A DNA stretch of 47,007 nt from an uncultured Bacilli bacterium (GTDB lineage: Bacteria > Bacillota_I > Bacilli_A > RF39 > UBA660): NCBI GenBank assembly GCA_944363735.1, contig CALVVB010000004.1, forward strand, positions 1 through 47,007, read 5' to 3'. The notes under the pieces are model-generated. The model did not search any database, had not been told where the DNA came from, and saw only the letters and a program-made list of their open reading frames with translations. A program made the position numbers and the translations under genes. Positions 29,388 through 40,773 of this stretch are shown in pieces. Positions within the stretch are counted from its first letter, which is position 1, and each line of letters starts with the position of its first letter.

Positions 29388-30260
29388 ATGAAAAAGATTA
29401 TTATTACTTTAAGTAGTATTATTGTTATTATTTTTATTATTCTAATGATTTTCTTATTTAATACTAATAGTAAAGATAAAGATATTAATGATGTTAAAGA
29501 AAATGAAACTACAGAAAATGTTCCTTTAGAAGAAAATAATAAGTTTAGAAAGTTATCTTATTATAAAGAAGAAAATCTAGATAGATATAAATCTTATGAA
29601 ACTAATAATCCTAATCTTTCTATAGAAGATACCGTTACAAGAGTTAATCTAAATTTAGATAAAGAAGTTTATACTGATACTATTCCTTCTACTAATTTAA
29701 ATACTAACTACTTACTTGTTAATAAGTTTAATTATTTAGATAGTAATTATATTCCTAATAATCTCGAACTTTTAGATAATAGTTATGCTAAAAGTGGTAT
29801 TTATTTAGTTAAGGAAGCTAAAGATAATATTGAAAGATTGATAAATGATGCTAAAAATGATGGTATGAATATTAGAGTAATCTCTGCTTATAGAGCTTAT
29901 TCTTATCAAGATAAACTATATAATAACTATGTTAAAAACGATGGTGTAGAAATGGCTGATACATATTCTGCTAGACCAGGATATTCTGAACACCAAACAG
30001 GATTAGTTGTTGATGTAACAAGAGCCTTTGATGACTTTAATAATTTCGAAAATACTGATGAGTATAATTGGATGTTAGAAAACGCCAGTAATTATGGATT
30101 TATCTTAAGATATCCTAAGGATAAAGAAGATATTACTACATATAGTTTTGAGGCTTGGCATTATCGTTATGTAGGTGTAGAACTTGCACAAAAAATAAAG
30201 GCTAGTAACCTAACCTTTGATGAGTATTATGTAAGATATTTGGAAAGTGATAAAAATTAG
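29388..30260 (+). CDS. M15B (VanY/LdcB-like) carboxypeptidase
   Basis: SAYR, SARPGYSEHQTG, EAWHYRYVG; N-terminal TM. Confidence 0.9.
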   Translation: MKKIIITLSSIIVIIFIILMIFLFNTNSKDKDINDVKENETTENVPLEENNKFRKLSYYKEENLDRYKSYETNNPNLSIEDTVTRVNLNLDKEVYTDTIPSTNLNTNYLLVNKFNYLDSNYIPNNLELLDNSYAKSGIYLVKEAKDNIERLINDAKNDGMNIRVISAYRAYSYQDKLYNNYVKNDGVEMADTYSARPGYSEHQTGLVVDVTRAFDDFNNFENTDEYNWMLENASNYGFILRYPKDKEDITTYSFEAWHYRYVGVELAQKIKASNLTFDEYYVRYLESDKN

Positions 30261-30769
30261 AAATCACTTTTTATTTTTTCAAATAATTTAATTCTATTTT
30301 CTTTAAAAGAAGTTTTCCCTTCTTTAATCATCATTATAATTTCATCTATATTAAACCATTTAACTTCTGATAGTTCTTCTTTTTGAATAGTAAATTCTTC
30401 TGCTTTTTTATTACATCTAACATAATAAAAATAAGTTATATGAGAATTACTATCCTTAATAGCAACTTCTCTTTCACCATAAGGAATTAATTCTTTAGGA
30501 GTTACATCTAGTCCTACTTCTTCTTTTATTTCTCTTATGGCTGCATCTTCTAAACTTTCATTTGCATCAACATGTCCTGCACAAAGACCCCACTTATTAG
30601 GATCAAATCTTTTATTAGCACTTCTTTTTTGTAATAATATTTCTTTGTTATCATTAATAATAAATATACCTACTTCATTATGAAGTAAATTTTTATCATG
30701 AGCTTCTTCTTTGTCCATAATTTGTCCTGTAAAATTTCCATCTTTATCTATTATTTTAATTAATTCCAT
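30257..30769 (-). CDS. NUDIX hydrolase (IDI-like)
   Basis: LLQKRS..K...P..W, AGHV...ESLEDAAIREIKEEVG. Confidence 0.88.
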   Translation of the reverse strand: MELIKIIDKDGNFTGQIMDKEEAHDKNLLHNEVGIFIINDNKEILLQKRSANKRFDPNKWGLCAGHVDANESLEDAAIREIKEEVGLDVTPKELIPYGEREVAIKDSNSHITYFYYVRCNKKAEEFTIQKEELSEVKWFNIDEIIMMIKEGKTSFKENRIKLFEKIKSDF

Positions 30770-30812
30770 TTTTTCATCTCCAAATATTATAAATAACAAA
30801 AGAAAAGACGAT

Positions 30813-31685
30813 TTACTTTTCTTTCTTTAAGGCTTCATCAATATCAGTTTTCTTTAATCTTAATGTCTCTTGTATTACTCCTGTAGCATTAAAACACATA
30901 CCAAGGGTAAAGATATAAGCTAAGATATAGACCCATATTAGTAGTATTAAGATATTTGACATAGCTCCATAAAAGACGTTATAGTTAGCAAAATAATCTA
31001 CATAGAAAGCATATACTTTTGAACTTATTAACCACATAAGTGTTGTAAATAAAGCTCCTGGTGTAGTACTTCTACTACTTATTTTTGTATCTGGGGCAAT
31101 TGTATATAGTAGTTTTAAATTATAATATATTAAAAATAGGGAAATAGGATATTCTAATATACGATAAGTATTTTCAACTAAATTTGTTAAACTATCACTA
31201 TGAATAGAATTTGTAATTATTTTTATTAAGATATCTCCAAAAGCAGGAACTAATATCAAGAACAAAAATAACACAACCAATATTAATGTCATTAATACTG
31301 CTTTAGCTCTTCTTTTAATTTCACTATGTTCTCTTACTTTATATATTTCATTGGATGTATTAATTATAGAGTATGTTCCATTACTCGCAAGAATAAAAGC
31401 AGCGAAAAAGAATACTATCATATTAAAATTCAATAAATTTCCTCCATTACCTACTGGTATTAAGTAATTTATAACATCACTTGGCACAACTGATTCTAAA
31501 ATTTCTTTAATACTTGTAGCAGGAAGTCCAAATTCACTTCCTATCGCTCCTACTAAGGCAATTAAAGGAATAATTGAGATAACAAGAAAAAAAGCAAGTT
31601 GACCTGGTAAGATCCGCATTTCTGGCAGTTTAATTATTGAAATAACTCTTCTTAAAAATATTCTCATTTTCTTGCTTCTCTTCAT
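30813..31685 (-). CDS. YihY/virulence factor BrkB family membrane protein
   Basis: LAFF...S.IP, PGALF, YN.FYG.M...LILLIW.Y; multiple TM helices. Confidence 0.9.
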   Translation of the reverse strand: MKRSKKMRIFLRRVISIIKLPEMRILPGQLAFFLVISIIPLIALVGAIGSEFGLPATSIKEILESVVPSDVINYLIPVGNGGNLLNFNMIVFFFAAFILASNGTYSIINTSNEIYKVREHSEIKRRAKAVLMTLILVVLFLFLILVPAFGDILIKIITNSIHSDSLTNLVENTYRILEYPISLFLIYYNLKLLYTIAPDTKISSRSTTPGALFTTLMWLISSKVYAFYVDYFANYNVFYGAMSNILILLIWVYILAYIFTLGMCFNATGVIQETLRLKKTDIDEALKKEK

Positions 31686-31694
31686 TTCTATCTC

Positions 31695-33749
31695 CTACTT
31701 TAATCCTTGCTTTTTTGTCATCATCTCAAGTGTTGCTTCATTTATGGCATCATCAAGTGTTTTAATGTCATCTTCGATCATACTATAACCAACACTAGCT
31801 CCAAAATCATGTGGTAAATTTTTCATTTCCTTCTCTAGCTTTTTAGCATATGTTTCTACTTGTCTTTCACTATATCCCACTAAATAAACTAAAAACTCAT
31901 TACCATCTGTTCTAATTATTTCACTGTTTTCTAGTTGTGTATTAACTAATGTTGAAGCAGCAGTTATTATTAATCTATCTCCTTCTTCATGTCCATAATT
32001 ATCATTTATATATTTAACATTATTTAAATCTATTATAACAACAGCTTGTGGATATACTTTACTACTCTCCCAATCAGGAGCTTTTTTATTCAAGTAATTT
32101 CTATTCTTTAAAGAAGTTAAAAGATCAGTATATTTATGTCTATCCTCTTTCTTAACTTTTTTTACTTTTCTTTTATACTTAAAGTATAAATATAAAACAG
32201 TTAAGGCAATTAAAGGAATAGATACTATTAAAAGTATTATTAAAAATAATCCAACAAAGCTACTCCTTTCAACTATTGATCTACTAATATCTGCAAAACC
32301 ACTGTTTCTATAATTATAATATGAGTTCGTTGTAATGATATAGTTAAATAAGTTATAAAATGAACTATTATTGTTCTTAACCATAAACTTATAATCGTTC
32401 ATCATAGTATCTTGATATAAAACATCAAAATCTTTAAAGGTTGTATTTTTATAAAGATTATATACTTCATTATCAACAATAAGCATTCTATTTTTAGCAT
32501 TTTTAACTAAACTATCATTATTATCATAAGTTGTAATATCACTACGACTATTATTTTCAAAATAATTATATAATGAAGTATCTCCAACAATTGCAATTTT
32601 TTCATCTTTCAAACTTTCAAAAGAATTAACGACATAATTGTCACTTCTTTTACCTAAAACAACATAATCTTCAATAAATGTTGATATTGTAGGTTTATAT
32701 TCATCATTTTCCTCACTAAAATTATAATAGTCAAAATAAATATCAACATCACCTTTTTTAACTGCTTTCCTTAAGGCTTCTTTACTACTATATCTTTTGT
32801 AAGTAAAACTAATATCAGTAAGCCTACTCATTCTTTTTAAGTATTCTCCTGCAATACCAGAAACAACACCATCTACTTCAACTTCATAAGGATAGTTTTC
32901 AACATAACCATAAACATAATTTTTCTTAACTAAATCTGTAGATTCAGCTGATGTAACTTCATTTTTAGTAATATAATAATTAAAATACACATCATTATAT
33001 TCATCAACAAAATTATCAGTTTTCCACTTTTCAAAATATTTTTTAATAATAGTATTAAGTTTAATATTATTTTTATCATCACTTAAAGAAAGTACTATTT
33101 TTTTAGACATTTCTGTAAAATAATAATTTATAAAGTAAGTATTATTTTCAATAGTTTTATCTAAATACATAATATTAGGTATTATAATCATACCAACTTC
33201 ATTATTATCTAAAGCTTGAAACAATTCATCTATTGTATCATATGATTTAAAAGCAAGTCCTACTCCAGATTTTAAATAGTAACTAATCTCTGCAGCATCA
33301 TCTTTAAATACACCAAAGGTTATATTGGACATATCAGAAACTCTATTAATTCTCATATATTCTTTACCTATAGCAATATAACCATCTGTTGCAATTAATA
33401 AATCATTACTAGTTAGTTCTTCTTCATTATTTAAAACTCTAAAACTATAGGAATTATTATCATCTAACTCATTATCTTTAGAATAAGCTATTTTATTAAA
33501 TTCTAGACCAACATTATCTTTAAAATCTTCTAAAAAGTTAAAAAAGACTCCCTCTCCATTTAAACCATAAAGAGGATAATCATTTATAACATTTATATCA
33601 ATCATTTTAGTATCATTTTCTAAAACCCATTTCTTCTCATTAACAGTTAAAGAAGTTTTAGCATCTTCTCTATTATAATAGATAAAAACTCCTATAAATA
33701 CAATTATTACAACTAAAAGAGGAAGAATAATTAATGCTTTTTTCTTCAT
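31695..33749 (-). CDS. Membrane sensor with two periplasmic-binding-like domains and a degenerate GGDEF domain
   Basis: DLLTSLKNR, IDLNNVKYINDNYGHEEGD, RTDGNEF. Confidence 0.85.
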   Translation of the reverse strand: MKKKALIILPLLVVIIVFIGVFIYYNREDAKTSLTVNEKKWVLENDTKMIDINVINDYPLYGLNGEGVFFNFLEDFKDNVGLEFNKIAYSKDNELDDNNSYSFRVLNNEEELTSNDLLIATDGYIAIGKEYMRINRVSDMSNITFGVFKDDAAEISYYLKSGVGLAFKSYDTIDELFQALDNNEVGMIIIPNIMYLDKTIENNTYFINYYFTEMSKKIVLSLSDDKNNIKLNTIIKKYFEKWKTDNFVDEYNDVYFNYYITKNEVTSAESTDLVKKNYVYGYVENYPYEVEVDGVVSGIAGEYLKRMSRLTDISFTYKRYSSKEALRKAVKKGDVDIYFDYYNFSEENDEYKPTISTFIEDYVVLGKRSDNYVVNSFESLKDEKIAIVGDTSLYNYFENNSRSDITTYDNNDSLVKNAKNRMLIVDNEVYNLYKNTTFKDFDVLYQDTMMNDYKFMVKNNNSSFYNLFNYIITTNSYYNYRNSGFADISRSIVERSSFVGLFLIILLIVSIPLIALTVLYLYFKYKRKVKKVKKEDRHKYTDLLTSLKNRNYLNKKAPDWESSKVYPQAVVIIDLNNVKYINDNYGHEEGDRLIITAASTLVNTQLENSEIIRTDGNEFLVYLVGYSERQVETYAKKLEKEMKNLPHDFGASVGYSMIEDDIKTLDDAINEATLEMMTKKQGLK

Positions 33750-33757
33750 AATTTCTC

Positions 33758-34216
33758 CTATCTATCTTTACTCCAAGAAAACTCATTTTTATCTTGATGT
33801 TTATAACCTATAATTGGAAATCTAGTGTCTTCTTCATTAGATTTTTTTATAAATACTTGAATATCATAATATGTTGTCTGATCTTCCTCAAGATTTTCAA
33901 CAACAAGAGAAGTTAAAGCTTTAGCAGGATCTAATTCTACATCATCATTAACTGTAATAATAACATTTAATATACGTCCCTTTATATCAGTTTCTACACT
34001 TTTAACTTCATCTTTTTCTTCTAATTTAGATATGATATTCTTTTGTTGTTTACTAGTAATCTCTACTTTTTCAATCCCTTCTAACCTATCACCATATATT
34101 GCTCTTCCTTCATTAGGAAATAAAGTTAGTTTAATAGCAAAAACTAAAATCACAAAGATTAGACAGATAATAAAAGTTATTACTGTAAGCTTATTATTCT
34201 TAATAAATTTTTTCAT
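33758..34216 (-). CDS. Membrane-anchored conserved hypothetical protein
   Basis: N-terminal TM; YGDRLEGI, YYDIQ, FPIIGYK. Confidence 0.75.
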   Translation of the reverse strand: MKKFIKNNKLTVITFIICLIFVILVFAIKLTLFPNEGRAIYGDRLEGIEKVEITSKQQKNIISKLEEKDEVKSVETDIKGRILNVIITVNDDVELDPAKALTSLVVENLEEDQTTYYDIQVFIKKSNEEDTRFPIIGYKHQDKNEFSWSKDR

Positions 34217-34268
34217 ATTTATCACATCCTAGTATAACTATTATATAATATTATTTATAAGTTATCAA

Positions 34269-35687
34269 TTACTTATTTAAAGCTTCACATAACATATCAC
34301 TTGCCATTTTAGGATTAACTGCACCTTTTGTTTCTTTCATAACTTGACCCATCAAGTATTTTAAGGCTCTATCATGACCGTTCTTATAGTCATTTACACT
34401 ATCAGTATTATTTTCTATTACTTTAGATATTATTTCTTTAATAAAACTATCATCAGTAATATTTTCGATATTAAATTCTTTTTTTAACTCTTCAAGAGTC
34501 TTATTAGTTTCCATTAAAGAATCTATTAAATCTTTAACATTTTTATTAGATAAATCCCCACTTTCTAAAGCTTCAATTACATTAACTAATTTCTCATATG
34601 AAAGATTAGTGTCAGTTATTACTTTATTATGTTTATTTAAGTATGAAGATACATCTGATAGTAATAGATTTACTGCTGTTACATAATTAGTTTTATATTT
34701 AAGTAACCCTAAAAAATAATCGTTTAAAGATCTATTATTAATTAATTTTTCTATTTGTAAGGAATTAAGACCTACTTTACTATATTTTTCTCTTAATTCA
34801 TCCGGAAGTAAAGGTAAACTCTTCAAAGAATCATTAATAAATTCATCACTAAGGTCTAAATAAGGAATATCTGGCTCGATAAAGTAACGATAGTCATTTC
34901 CTGTTTCTTTAACTCTCATAAGAATAGTTTTTCCTTGTTTATCATCAAAACGTCTTGTTTCTTCTTTAATTATTTCCCCATTATTAAGCATTTCTTCTTG
35001 TCTTTTTATCTCATAGTCTATAGCAAGTCCTACATTGTGAATAGAACTAACATTTTTAACTTCTACTTTAGTACCAAAATTATTATCTTTACTAATAGAA
35101 ATGTTAGGTTCACATCTCATACTACCTTCTTCCATTTTACAATCACTAATATTAGCATAAAATAATAATTCTTTTAATTTTGTAAGATAGGCCATCGCCT
35201 CTTTACCATTTTTTATACAAGGTTTTGTTACTATTTCTATTAAAGGTATCCCTGCTCTGTTAAAATCAAGTAAACTAACATTACCACGATGAGCACTCTT
35301 ACAAGTATCTTCTTCAATATGTAACTCTTCTATTTCGATTTTTTTCTTAACTCCATCCACTTCAATTTCTACATAACCATTTCTACCTATAGGTGTTCTA
35401 TTTTGTGTAATTTGATAGTTTTTAGGATTATCTGGATAAAAGTAATTTTTACGGTCAAAGTGCATTCTACGAGTAATATCACAGTTTAAAATATGTGCAG
35501 TACGCACTCCTTGTCTCACTATTTCTTTGTTAACAGTAGGAAGAGTTCCTGGATAACCTAAATCTATAACATTAACAGCTGTATTAGTAGCCATACCATA
35601 AGTATTAGCACTAGAAGAAAATAGTTTACTTTTACTTTTGATTTCCACATGTACTTCTATTCCTATCGTAGGAGTAAATTCACTCAT
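34269..35687 (-). CDS. gatB: Asp/Glu-tRNA amidotransferase subunit B
   Basis: IGIEVHVE, FDRKNYFYPD, DFNRAGIPLIEIVT. Confidence 0.97.
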   Translation of the reverse strand: MSEFTPTIGIEVHVEIKSKSKLFSSSANTYGMATNTAVNVIDLGYPGTLPTVNKEIVRQGVRTAHILNCDITRRMHFDRKNYFYPDNPKNYQITQNRTPIGRNGYVEIEVDGVKKKIEIEELHIEEDTCKSAHRGNVSLLDFNRAGIPLIEIVTKPCIKNGKEAMAYLTKLKELLFYANISDCKMEEGSMRCEPNISISKDNNFGTKVEVKNVSSIHNVGLAIDYEIKRQEEMLNNGEIIKEETRRFDDKQGKTILMRVKETGNDYRYFIEPDIPYLDLSDEFINDSLKSLPLLPDELREKYSKVGLNSLQIEKLINNRSLNDYFLGLLKYKTNYVTAVNLLLSDVSSYLNKHNKVITDTNLSYEKLVNVIEALESGDLSNKNVKDLIDSLMETNKTLEELKKEFNIENITDDSFIKEIISKVIENNTDSVNDYKNGHDRALKYLMGQVMKETKGAVNPKMASDMLCEALNK

Positions 35688-37106
35688 TTAAAACACCTCC
35701 TCTATATTACTAGCAAGTTTATAAATAGTCGCTTCATCATATGTTTTACCTATTATATGTAATCCAATAGGTAGCCCCTCACTATTTTTTCCAACAGGAA
35801 CAGATAAAGCTGGAAGTCCTGCCATATTAACAGGTATGACTAAAACATCATCCATAAAAGCCTTGTGAGGATCATCTTTAGTAATTCCTAGAAGAGGAGC
35901 GACTCTAGTTGTTGTAGGTCCAATGATTAAATCATAATCTTTAAAAATACGATTAAACTCTTTAGTAATATCATCACGCACCTTCAAAGCTTTATCATAA
36001 TAGGTTTTAGCATTATCCCCACTTAAAATATAAGAACCAACCATTATTCTTCTTTTAACTTCATCACCAAAACCTTTTCCTCTAGTTTTTTCATACATTT
36101 CATCAACAGTTTTAGCAGCAGTTGCTCTTGTTCCATAACGAACTCCATCAAAACGAGCAAGGTTGCTACTAGCTTCGGCCATAGCGATTATCTGATAAAG
36201 ATTAACAGCAGTATCTAAATAGTTCATATCAACAATATCGATAACTGCACCTTTTTCTTTTAAATACGAAATAACCTCTTTAACTCTCTTGTTAATTTCT
36301 TCATCTACAATATCACTAATAAAGTATTTAGGTAAAGCTATCTTCATACCTTTAACATCTTCACCAATAAGTCTAGTAAAGTCTTCTTTATCTTTACTAA
36401 CACTAGTAAGATCTTTTTCATCTTCGCCAACTAAAATATTTAATAATGATGAATTTTCATACACAGTTCTAGTCATTGGTCCTATTTGATCTAAACTTGA
36501 TGCAAAGGCAACTAAACCATAACGAGAAACTCTTCCATAAGTAGGTTTCATTCCAACAAGTCCTGTATAACTAGAAGGTTGTCTAATACTTCCCCCTGTA
36601 TCTGTTCCAAGAGCAAGGGGAACTAGACCTCCTGCAACTGCACTAGCACTACCACCAGAACTACCACCTGTAACCCTTTTTTTATCAAGAGGATTTAAAG
36701 GTGCTCCAAAGTAACTAGTTTCACTAGTAGAACCCATAGCAAACTCATCCATATTAGCTTTACCAATAATTAGCATTTTTGCTTCTTTAATTTTTTCTAC
36801 AACAGTAGCGTCATATATAGGTATAAAATTATCTAAAATGTGTGATGCACAGGTTGTTCTTAAATCTTTAGTTACAATATTATCTTTAACTGCAATAGGA
36901 ATACCAAAGAAAAGGTTATCAGGATCTACTTCACCTAAATTTTTAGCTTCTTCTCTTACTTTATCATTTATAGTAATAAAGGCATTTAAGTCTTTGTTTT
37001 CTTTTATTCTTTTTAATGATTCTTCTACTAAATCAAGAGGAGTTATTTTTTTATCAACTAATAACTCATGTATTTCTTTAATACCTAAATCTAAATATTT
37101 ACTCAT
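35688..37106 (-). CDS. gatA: Asp/Glu-tRNA amidotransferase subunit A
   Basis: KDN, GGSSGGSA, GTDTGGSIRQP, SSNLARFDG. Confidence 0.97.
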   Translation of the reverse strand: MSKYLDLGIKEIHELLVDKKITPLDLVEESLKRIKENKDLNAFITINDKVREEAKNLGEVDPDNLFFGIPIAVKDNIVTKDLRTTCASHILDNFIPIYDATVVEKIKEAKMLIIGKANMDEFAMGSTSETSYFGAPLNPLDKKRVTGGSSGGSASAVAGGLVPLALGTDTGGSIRQPSSYTGLVGMKPTYGRVSRYGLVAFASSLDQIGPMTRTVYENSSLLNILVGEDEKDLTSVSKDKEDFTRLIGEDVKGMKIALPKYFISDIVDEEINKRVKEVISYLKEKGAVIDIVDMNYLDTAVNLYQIIAMAEASSNLARFDGVRYGTRATAAKTVDEMYEKTRGKGFGDEVKRRIMVGSYILSGDNAKTYYDKALKVRDDITKEFNRIFKDYDLIIGPTTTRVAPLLGITKDDPHKAFMDDVLVIPVNMAGLPALSVPVGKNSEGLPIGLHIIGKTYDEATIYKLASNIEEVF

Positions 37107-37392
37107 TAATCATCACCGGCACTTCTATAAAACTTCCATTCTTTTTAGGAGCATTTATTGTTGCAACTTTTGCACTTAGCATCTCTCCTACAACATCATC
37201 TCTTAATCTAGTATTTTCATTAATTGGTGTATACATCATCTCATCATCAAAGTCTTTAACTTCTTTTATCTTATCTATATCATCCATTAATACTTTAAGT
37301 TGCACTCTAAACTTCTCAATTTCTTCTTCAGTTAGAGAAATACGAGCTAGATGGGCAACATGTAGTACTTCTTCTCTACTTAATTTATCCAT
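37099..37392 (-). CDS. gatC: Asp/Glu-tRNA amidotransferase subunit C
   Basis: EEVLHVAHLARI...LRDD...NAP; precedes gatAB. Confidence 0.95.
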   Translation of the reverse strand: MDKLSREEVLHVAHLARISLTEEEIEKFRVQLKVLMDDIDKIKEVKDFDDEMMYTPINENTRLRDDVVGEMLSAKVATINAPKKNGSFIEVPVMINE

Positions 37393-37505
37393 AATTCCTC
37401 CTTTTCTTACTAGCTTATTATAGCATAGTTTAAGAATTAAAAAAAGTAATAGTACTTATGTATTGCCTACTACTTAATTTTAAAACCATTAGATTAGAAA
37501 CTATT

Positions 37506-38222
37506 TTAATTACCTTTTCTTAAATATTTATTCTTAAAATACTTAAATATAGGCATTATTATACTGACCATACCTACTATTATGAAAGCTACTGCAAATA
37601 AAAGTGGTATTACCATACTATTAGTATAATAAGTAAACATTTTAATAAAAGAAAAATATCCAGTCGCTATATATGTAATTATATAACCAAGAAATATCAT
37701 TAAAACACCTGGTATAAACCCTAAAAACAAATTAATTATAGTTTTTAATTTTCCATCTTTTATTATTTTTTTAGTTTCAATCATAAAGGCAATAGAAGTT
37801 ACAATAATACCCAATATACCTAAAAATGAAAATAAAAACTTTAATGATAAAGAAGGAATATAAGCTTCTTCCGGATTATTAGGATTGTATTTTATAGGTC
37901 TTGGACTATTAATTCTAGGTAATATTCCACTTTCACCAGAAGAAGAGACAGTATACTCATTTTCATTCACAGTATAAGAATAAACAAGATTATACATTGT
38001 TTGATCTGAATTATTAACTTCTTTATAACTAATTAAATAACCAGTTGTAATCTCATAATTTTCTATATTTTCTATAGTAAAAGAAAATACTAACATAAAC
38101 ACACTAAATAGAAAAGCAATACAAAGCATAAATAAAGTTGTAACTAGTTCTTTTTTATTATTATCCATTATTTTACCACTATCGAGAAAACTCGACTCCT
38201 CCTTTTTTTTATATATCTTCAT
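37506..38222 (-). CDS. DUF3592-like membrane protein
   Basis: YSYTVNENEY...IKYNPNNPEEA between TM helices. Confidence 0.7.
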   Translation of the reverse strand: MKIYKKKEESSFLDSGKIMDNNKKELVTTLFMLCIAFLFSVFMLVFSFTIENIENYEITTGYLISYKEVNNSDQTMYNLVYSYTVNENEYTVSSSGESGILPRINSPRPIKYNPNNPEEAYIPSLSLKFLFSFLGILGIIVTSIAFMIETKKIIKDGKLKTIINLFLGFIPGVLMIFLGYIITYIATGYFSFIKMFTYYTNSMVIPLLFAVAFIIVGMVSIIMPIFKYFKNKYLRKGN

Positions 38223-38255
38223 ATATATGATAAGTGTTATATTTATACAATTGCC

Positions 38256-40241
38256 TTATTTAGAAAAATATACATTATCATAATTAAATTCTTTCTCATC
38301 TAAGTTAAAACTATAACTAGAATCAATATGAGTACATTTTCCATCAAAGTAAGTTTTAAACTTATCATTTTTTACATTAACTAAACTATAAGAAGTATCT
38401 TTATCTATATTTAAGATATTACCTTTAATAAGCATTACTTCTATATAGCCTTTAGTCTTAATAATTAATGGAATATTACCATGTTTTTGTCTAATAGACT
38501 CTATTAAATTTTTCAACTCTAAACTATTAAGTTCTACTGATAAAGTAATAGCTTTGTACCCTAGTTTATATAAATAATAGGCAGTATATGAATTATAGAC
38601 ATTTAGATGATATGAGCTGATTATATTAGTAGTTGGTCTAAATAAATTACTAACAATACTTTTATTTTTTAAGATATCTTTAAGGTAAAAGAAATTTCTT
38701 TCTACTTCCCCATAACTATCTAAATCTATTACTTCTTTAGTATTTATTTTATCAAAAGTAACTTCTTTAACGATAGGTTCATTATAATCATTGAGACGCT
38801 CTCCTATTAATCTTTCTGATAAAGTTCTTCTAGCAATGTTCAAATCTCCTATTCTTATAAAGATATCTTCATCCATATCTATATTTATATGTTTAGTAAT
38901 AAATGGAGTGTTACCTAGTTTTTCTAACTGACTAATTAATCTATCTTTAGATATAGGATTATTAATAGATTTTTCTACTACATTACCAGTATAAGTAACA
39001 GAGTGGGTTAAATCTCTAAATGTTAAAGTAAATGCTTCTCCTACTTTCGCTTTTACGTCTATATTAATAGGTACTTTTCTAGTAATAGTAAAATCTGTTA
39101 TTTCAAGAGATTTATCAGTAGTCTTTCTAACTTCATCTAGACTAGTTAATTTAACTTTATTATCAACTTCTACTATTTGTTTAGAATTGCCTTTATTAAT
39201 TAGATTATCTTTTAAGTCATAGAGATAATTAACAATCATTCCTTTATTACTTTCCCTAAATCTTATACCATCCCCTTGTAATAAAGGTTTATCTAGTTCT
39301 ATTCTAATTCTTGCATCATTAACATCTATAACTTTACCTAAATGGCTTCCTAAATGATTAGGACTTAATTTATTTATTAAATCATTATCATTAAATAAAT
39401 GTCCTTTAGTAAATCCTCTATAAAACATACTCTTTAAGTCTTCTATAGTCTTAATAGAAAGTTCTTCTCCATCAAGTATTTTACGGTAATATTTAGTAAT
39501 AAATCCTACATAAGATGGACTTTTCATTCTTCCTTCTATTTTAAGACTAGTAACATTACTAGGTAATTTCTTAATATCAATGGAGGTATTTAACTCTTTC
39601 ATTGATAAAAGATATCCTTCATCTATTAAAGTATTATCTTTATATAGTTTATAAGGAAGTCTACAACTACCAACACAATCTCCCCTATTAGCACTTCTTC
39701 CTCCTAGCATTGAACTAAATAGACAGTTACCAGAATAACTTACACATAAGGCTCCATGAATAAAGACTTCTAGTTCTACAGGTATATCTATTTTCTTAAT
39801 CTCATCTATACTCATTTCTCTTGGAAGCACTACTCTTTTTACTCCCATTTCGTATAGAAGTTTAATAGTCTCATAACTACTACTATTAACTTGAGTTGAA
39901 GCATGAATTGTAAGATTAGGATACTTCTCCAGACATAAAGAAATCATCCCAAAATCTTGCATTAAAACAGCATCTACTCCTAAATTATATAAAAACTCTA
40001 CTTCTTTAAGAAAATCTTCTACTTCATTTTCTTTTACTAAAGTATTCATTGTTACATAAATCTTAACACCATAGATTTTACCTAGTTTTAAAACTGTTAT
40101 TAATTCTTCTTCCGTAAAATTCTTAGCATAACTCCTTGCTCCAAACATTTTACCTGATAAATAGATAGCATCGGCCCCATTATTAAGTGCTGCATAAAAT
40201 GAATTTATATCTCCTGCTGGTACTAATAGTTCCATAAACAT
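38256..40241 (-). CDS. U32 family peptidase-like protein (RlhA-like RNA hydroxylase)
   Basis: ELLVPAG, HASTQ, HGALCVSYSGNC, SANRGDC...CR, LKIEGRMK; DUF3656-like region. Confidence 0.88.
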   Translation of the reverse strand: MFMELLVPAGDINSFYAALNNGADAIYLSGKMFGARSYAKNFTEEELITVLKLGKIYGVKIYVTMNTLVKENEVEDFLKEVEFLYNLGVDAVLMQDFGMISLCLEKYPNLTIHASTQVNSSSYETIKLLYEMGVKRVVLPREMSIDEIKKIDIPVELEVFIHGALCVSYSGNCLFSSMLGGRSANRGDCVGSCRLPYKLYKDNTLIDEGYLLSMKELNTSIDIKKLPSNVTSLKIEGRMKSPSYVGFITKYYRKILDGEELSIKTIEDLKSMFYRGFTKGHLFNDNDLINKLSPNHLGSHLGKVIDVNDARIRIELDKPLLQGDGIRFRESNKGMIVNYLYDLKDNLINKGNSKQIVEVDNKVKLTSLDEVRKTTDKSLEITDFTITRKVPINIDVKAKVGEAFTLTFRDLTHSVTYTGNVVEKSINNPISKDRLISQLEKLGNTPFITKHINIDMDEDIFIRIGDLNIARRTLSERLIGERLNDYNEPIVKEVTFDKINTKEVIDLDSYGEVERNFFYLKDILKNKSIVSNLFRPTTNIISSYHLNVYNSYTAYYLYKLGYKAITLSVELNSLELKNLIESIRQKHGNIPLIIKTKGYIEVMLIKGNILNIDKDTSYSLVNVKNDKFKTYFDGKCTHIDSSYSFNLDEKEFNYDNVYFSK

Positions 40242-40317
40242 CACTGTCTTTCTATTAATTAATACATTTATATCATACAAAATATTAATGATTTAAACAA
40301 GAAAAAAGTACTAAGAG

Positions 40318-40758
40318 TTATCTTAATACTTTGCTTCTACCCTTATTAGCATAATTTTTCAAGTCCATAACAGATGTACCATACTTTACATCTAAAATAT
40401 TCATATCTGACACTTTAGTTATTTCTTCTTTATTTTCCACAAAGTACTTTAATTTTCTTATCTCATTGACATCAAGGCAGCATTAAAAAGATGCCATGCT
40501 TCTTGAAGTATAGCTCCTATTGTACCTAGAGTAACAGAGACAGGTAAAATAGATAAACATTCATATAACATACTTAATATATTACTATAATCTAAATTAA
40601 GATTTACTCCAAACACATTACTTGCTACAGAAACACTTACAGGGATTGCAAAGGTCACTACACCAGAAATAGTTCCTTTTACTAAGGACTTTTTTAAATG
40701 TTTCTTTTTCATAGATTTTTAAATCTGCAACTCTTACTTTTTCTTCTTTAGTTTTCAT
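40318..40758 (-). pseudogene. Doubly frameshifted paralog of 41683-42108
   Basis: Frame A MKTKEEKVRVADLKIYEKE; frame B TM middle (ORF 40458-40712); frame A again IRKLKYFVENKEEITKVSD...YANKGRSKVLR*. Confidence 0.75.
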
Positions 40759-40773
40759 TAAACTTCTCTTTTA

